From positions 23,870,001 through 23,934,000 of the forward strand of contig OX597842.1 of NCBI GenBank assembly GCA_951406725.2: DNA of 64,000 bases. Direction: 5' to 3'. Positions 57,066 through 64,000 of the stretch are shown here, in pieces. The position numbers and the translations under genes were made by a program. The notes beneath the pieces are model-generated. The model was not told where the DNA came from, searched no databases, and was given only the letters and a program-made list of their open reading frames with translations. Each line of letters starts with the position of its first letter. Position 1 is the stretch's first letter. The stretch comes from Octopus vulgaris (lineage: Eukaryota).

Positions 57066-57337
57066 TGAAAGGGGTAAACGTTTTTATTTCTCTTTCTATT
57101 TCAGAATTACAACTATTTAGCGGTATGAGTTTGGCTGCTCTTTCTAGTGAGTCGAATGTCCTATATGGCCATTCCTTATATTGTTGAATGTATATTATAT
57201 AGTCTTTGACTATATTTTCTTTCTCACTAGTCCACTGGTAGTGGAGAACTTTTTCTACAATTTTTTGCTACCCTTATATTTATTAATTAATGATATTATA
57301 TATATATATATTATATTATATTATATTAAATTAGAGA

Positions 57338-57775
<438 letters not shown>

Positions 57776-57996
57776 CCAGTTTATATATGTTATATATATC
57801 TTAATCTTATAAGATTAAGATTAATGTAAAAAATAAATATCACTGAAGCAAAATAACACCAAATATATAGTGCGTGTGTTTTTATTGGCTAAACTGGCAA
57901 TATGACCATTCGAAATATAACAATATCTGTTTCAACACACGACTTCACATAAAAAATCTTGCACAACAAATATTTAAACGTATATATATATATATG

Positions 57997-58055
<59 letters not shown>

Positions 58056-58129
58056 ACATACATATATATATATATATATTATATATATGTATATACATAT
58101 ATATAAAATATATATATATACATACATAT

Positions 58130-58442
58130 ATCCGTGCCATCCGCCCAAAACAAAAATCGCACTCTCATCGCATAACAACAATACGGCACAATTATTTCAC
58201 CTCAATTGGCCCCGCTCTCTTTAACATTACACCAAAACACATTAAAACAGAAACTGACCCTATAGGGTTCAAGAAGTCTTTAGACAGATTCCTTCAAGAA
58301 ATCCCGGATAAACCCCCTACACCCGGATATGTCTCTGTAAACAATAACTCTCTACTTGAGTGGGCCATAGTGCCCAAATTCTGACTTGAAAGTTAGACAT
58401 GGCCTGGGCCAATAATGGCCGAAACCTATCAAAGTATCAAAG

Positions 58443-58443
<1 letters not shown>
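58130..58443 (+). mobile_element. LINE (CR1-superfamily-like) ORF C-terminus and 3' tail
   Basis: [21 protein letters not shown]...[21 protein letters not shown]...NSLLEW-stop. Tail (tatcaaag)2. Confidence 0.7.
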
Positions 58444-58475
<32 letters not shown>

Positions 58476-58516
58476 ATTTATATATATGTATATACATATA
58501 TATATTTATATATATG

Positions 58517-58554
<38 letters not shown>

Positions 58555-58571
58555 TATATAAATATATATAT

Positions 58572-58614
<43 letters not shown>

Positions 58615-58653
58615 CATATATATATACATATATATATATATATACATACATAC

Positions 58654-59510
<857 letters not shown>

Positions 59511-59646
59511 TATTATATTGTGTGAAATTTGATTTAGTATTTCTAAATTGAATTTTTTTTTCCCTGTTAGTTTGGATTTATATTCCCTCAAATAATAATT
59601 ATATATATGTGTGTGTGTGTGTGTGTGTATATGTATGTATATATAC

Positions 59647-59726
<80 letters not shown>

Positions 59727-60417
59727 GAGTAGCTGTGTGGTAAGTAGCTTGCTTACCAACCACATGGTTCTGGGTTCAGTCCACTGCGTGGCACCTTGGG
59801 CAAGTGTCTTCTCACTATAGCCTCGGGCCGACCAAAGCCTTGTGAGTGGATTTGGTAGACGGAAACTGAAAGAAGCCCGTCGTATATATGTATATATATA
59901 TATGTGTGTGCGTGTATGTTTGTGTGTCTGTGTTTGTCCCCACCAACATCGTTTGACAACCGATGCTGGTGTGTTTATATCCCTGTAACTTAGCTGTTCA
60001 GCAAAAGACACCGATAGAATAAGTACTGGGCTTACATAAAATAAGTCCCGGGGTCGAGTTGCTCGATTAAATGCGGTGCTCCAGCATGGCCACAGTCAAA
60101 TGACTGAAACAAGTAAAAGAGTAAAAGAGTAAAGAGTAAAGAGTATATACACACACACACACACACACATACATATATATATATATGTATACACACACAC
60201 ACACTATATGTCGGTTCGGCAAAAAAGAATAAGTAGGGAGCTTCAAGGTAAGTACTAACGTCGACTTGTTCATTTAAGCCCTTCCAGGTAGTGTTCCAGA
60301 ATGGCCGCAGTTCAATAACTAAAATAAATAAAAAATAAAAGAAGAGGAATCTTTTTTCCTTTCGGTTATTTTTTTAAAGGTTTTGCGTTGTTTTAATGTG
60401 ACTGTATGCTTTCGTTG

Positions 60418-62370
60418 GTGGAGGCGCAATGGCCCAGTGGTTAGGGCAGCGGACTCATGATCGGAGGATCGCAGTTTCGATTCCCAGACCGATTCCCTTC
60501 CTGTTTTTTGAGTCACGCTGCGATGGACTGGCATCCCGTCCAGCTGAGGGGAACACGTATGCCACAGAAACCGGGATACCGGGCCCATGAGCCTGGCTAG
60601 GCTTGAAAAGGGCAGAGTGGAGGCGCAATAGCCCAGTGGTTAGGGCAGCGGACTCACAGTCAGAGGATCACGGTTTCAATTCCCAGACCGATTCCCTTCC
60701 TGTTTCTTGAGTAATTCTACGATGGACTGGCATCCCGTCCAGCTGGGGGTAACACATATGCCACAGAAACCGGGAAACTGGGCCCATGAGCCTGGCTAGG
60801 CTTGAAAAGGGCAGAGTGGAGGTGCAATGGCTCAGTGGTTAGGGCAGCGGACTCGCGGTCAGTGGATTGCGGTATCGATTCCCAGACTGGGCGTTGTGTG
60901 TGTTTATTGAGCGAAAACACCTAAAGGCTCCACGAGGCTCCGGCGGGGGTTGGGGGGGGGGCGACCCCTGTTGTACTCTTTCAACCCAACTTTCTCTCAT
61001 ACTTTCTTCCTGTTTCTTGAGTAACGCTGCAATGGACTGGCATCCCGTCCAGCTGAGGGGAACACATATGCCACAGAAACCGGGAAACTGGGCCCATGAG
61101 CCTGGCTAGGCTTGAAAAGGGCAGAGTGGAGGCGCAATGGCTCAGTGGTTAGGGCAGCGGACTCACGGTCAGTGGATTGTGGTTTCGATTCCCAGACTGG
61201 GCGTTGTGTGTGTTTATTGAGCGAAAACACCTAAAGGCTCCACGAGGCTCCGGCGGGGGTTGGGGTTGGGGGCGGGGGGGGCGACCCCTGTTGTACTCTT
61301 TCGACCCAACTTTCTCTCACTCTTCCTTCCTGTTTCTTGGGTAACGCTGCGATGGACTGGCGTCTCGTCCAGCTGGGGGGGGGAACACATACCCCACAGA
61401 AACCGGGAAACCGGGCCCATGAGCCTGGCTAGGCTTGAAAAGGGCAGAGTGGAGGTGCAATGGCTCAGTGGTTAGGGCAGAGGACTCGCGGTCAGTGGAT
61501 TGTGGTTTCGATTCCCAGACTGGGCGTTGTGTGTGTTTATTGAGCGAAAACACCTAAAGGCTCCGCGAGGCTCCGGCGGGGGTTGGGGTTGGGGGCGGGG
61601 GGCGAACCCTGTTGTACTCTTTCAACCCAACTTTCTCTCACTCTTTCTTCCTGTTTCTTGAGTAACGCTGCGATGGACTGGCGTCCCGTCCAGCTGAGGG
61701 GAACACATACCCCACAGAAACCGGGAAACCGGGCCCATGAGCCTGGCTAGGCTTGAAAAGGGCAGAGTGGAGGTGCAATGGCTCAGTGGTTAGGGCAGTG
61801 GACTCGCGGTCAGTGGATTGTGGTTTCGATTCCCAGACTGGGCGTTGTGTGTGTTTATTGAGTGAAAACACCTAAAGGCTCCACAAGGCTCCGGCAGGGG
61901 GGGAGGTGACCCCTGTTGTACACTTTCGCCCCAACCTTCTCTCACTCTCTCTTCCTGTTTCTTGGGTAATGCTGCGATGGACTGGCGTCCCGTCCATCTG
62001 GGGGGAACACATACCCCACAGAAACCGGGAAACCGGGTCCATGAGCCTGGCTAGGCTTGAAAAGGGCAGAGTGGAGACGCAATGGCTCAGTGGTTAGGGC
62101 AGCGGACTCGCGGTCAGTGGATTGTGGTTTCGATTCCCAGACTGGGCGTTGTGTATGTTTATTGAGTGAAAACACCTAAAGGCTCCACGAGGCTCCGGCG
62201 GGGGTTGGGGGCGGGGGCGGGGGCGGGGGGGGCGACCCCTATTGTACTCTTTCGACCCAACTTTCTCTCACTCTCTCTTCCTGTTTCTTGAGTAACGCTG
62301 CAATGGACTGGCGTCCCGTCCAGCTGGGAGTAACACATATGCCACAGAAACCGGGAAACCGGGCCCATGA
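60418..62370 (+). repeat. Head-to-tail array of 7 SINE-B units (2 of ~200 bp, 5 of ~305-323 bp)
   Basis: Heads gtggaggYgcaat at ~60418, 60617, 60816, 61126, 61449, 61767 and 62071, joined by gcctggctaggcttgaaaagggcaga. Confidence 0.92.
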
Positions 62371-62494
62371 GATGATATGATGATGTAGACATTGTAGATC
62401 TTTGGCTGGGCTAAAGGGTCACATTCGATTAAGCTTCATGCAATGGCCATACTCGATAACGAGGGGACAGCCATCATACATCATGTATTCTCTC

Positions 62495-63185
62495 TCTTTT
62501 ACTCTTTTACTTGTTTCAGTCCTTTGACTGCGGCCATGCTGGAGCACCGCCTTTAGTCGAGCAAATCGACCTCGGGACTTATTCTTTGTAAGACCAGTAC
62601 TTATTCTATCGGTGTCTTTTGCCGAACTGCTAAGTTTACTCTTTTACTTGTTTCAGTCATTTGACTGCGGCCATGCTGGAGCACCGCCTTTAGTCGAGCA
62701 AATCGACCTCGGGACTTATTCTTTGTAAGACCAGTACTTATTCTATCGGTCTCTTTTGCCGAACTGCTAAGTTTACTCTTTTACTTGTTTCAGTCATTTG
62801 ACTGCGGCCATGCTGGAGCACCGCCTTTAGTCGAGCAAATCGACCCCGGGACTTATTCTTTGTAAGCCTAGTACTCATTCTATCGGTCTCTTTTGTCGAA
62901 CCGCTAAGTTTACTCTTTTACTTGTTTCAGTCCTTTGACTGCGGCCATGCTGGAGCACCGCCTTTAGTCGAGCAAATCGACCTCGGGACTTATTCTTTGT
63001 AAGACCAGTACTTATTCTATCGGTCTCTTTTGCCGAACTGCTAAGTTTACTCTTTTACTTGTTTCAGTCATTTGACTGCGGCCATGCTGGAGCACCGCCT
63101 TTAGTCGAGCAAATCGACCCCGGGACTTATTCTTTGTAAGCCCAGTACTTATTCTATCGGTCTCTTTTGCCGAACCGCTAAGTGA
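62495..63185 (-). repeat. 5 tandem ~137-bp SINE-A 3'-half units
   Basis: Same unit as the 44385-46870 array, opposite strand. Confidence 0.9.
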
Positions 63186-63695
63186 CGGGGACGTAAACAC
63201 ACCAGCATCGGTTGTCAGGCAATGCTAGGGGGACAAACACAGACACACAAACATATACACACACACTTATATATATATATACATATATAAGACTGGAGCA
63301 CCGTCTTTAGTCAAGCAAATCGCCCCCAGGACTTGTTCTTTGTAAGCCCAGTACTTATTCTATCGGTCTCTTTTGCCGAACCGCTAAGTGACGGGGACGT
63401 AAACACACCAGCATCGGTTGTCAGGCAATGCTAGGGGGACAAACACAGACACACAAACATATACACACACACTTATATATATATACATATATACGATAGG
63501 CTTCTTTCAGTTTCCGTCTACCAAATACACTCACAAGGCATTGGTCGGCCCGGGGCTATAGCAGAAGACACTTGCCCAAGATGCCCCGCAGTGGGACTGA
63601 ACCCGGAACCATGTGGTTGGTTAGCAAGCTACTTACCACGCAGCCACTCCTGCGCAAAATACATCATGTATTGTTATTTATTTTTCATTTTTCAG

Positions 63696-64000
63696 GAAAA
63701 GAAACATCCATTCACTATCGTCTGATGATCATATTGTTGCCAGCTTTGACTTTCGTATTTTTCGTGACTGCGTTGGCTGGAGAATCAGGGTGTACAACAA
63801 CCCTATTCAGAGAAACCACTAAATCAAAATGCTTACAGAGAGACGAAGAAAATATAATTGAAAACACGAAGTCTGCTGAAGACTGTGCATCTCGGTGTAT
63901 TTGCCACGAGAAGTGCAAATATTTTAGCTACTGCAATGGCTCATGTTACATGCATCGATTATTTTACGACAAAGAAATTGAACATTATGATTGCAACTGT
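63696..64000 (+). CDS. Exon of a predicted secreted cysteine-rich protein with a PAN/Apple-like domain (runs off the window)
   Basis: Acceptor tttttcatttttcag| at 63695. From ATG 63725: MIILLPALTFVFFVTALAG (signal-like), then ESGCTTTLFRETTKSKCLQRDEENIIENTKSAEDCASRCICHEKCKYFSYCNGSCYMHRLFYDKEIEHYDCNC with no stop. Confidence 0.75.

Larger units (their letters stand above)
56512..57298 (+). mobile_element. Penelope-like non-autonomous element: inverted partial pLTR, short direct 3' repeat and full pLTR, flanked by (TA)n
   Basis: Arms ~56512-56778 and ~56927-57194 are inverted. 56781-56830 directly repeats 57253-57298. Each arm carries a hammerhead. Confidence 0.7.

Noticed and set aside
60418-60490. 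SINE-B heads as tRNA genes
   Set aside because: A and B boxes are present, but there is no proper acceptor stem and they continue into a repeated SINE body.

Overview
AT-rich, repeat-dense animal genomic DNA. The CDICGKSFS-type C2H2 arrays, SINE families and long (TA)n tracts look like an octopus or other coleoid cephalopod; this is inferred from pattern recognition, not a database search. The first 39 kb is a cluster of C2H2 zinc-finger genes, each with one coding exon and no KRAB domain: two intact ORFs (10 and 18 fingers), two frameshifted copies of a 9-finger gene and one heavily degraded copy. Positions 1-31294 form one giant fold-back palindrome centred on a 7-nt loop at 15110-15116. 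The inner left arm is riddled with deletions, so the palindrome may be a long-read or assembly artefact. The rest is tRNA-derived SINEs (some in tandem arrays), LINE relics (RTE, CR1-like), Penelope-like relics (RT and GIY-YIG), MITEs and non-autonomous Helitrons. The most notable signals missing from the ORF track are: type I hammerhead ribozyme motifs in Penelope-like fold-back elements inside (TA)n tracts (50.5-57.1 kb); a near-intact tRNA-Ser(AGA); and a secreted cysteine-rich PAN/Apple-like ORF running off the right end, with a candidate in-frame first exon and promoter 11 kb upstream.
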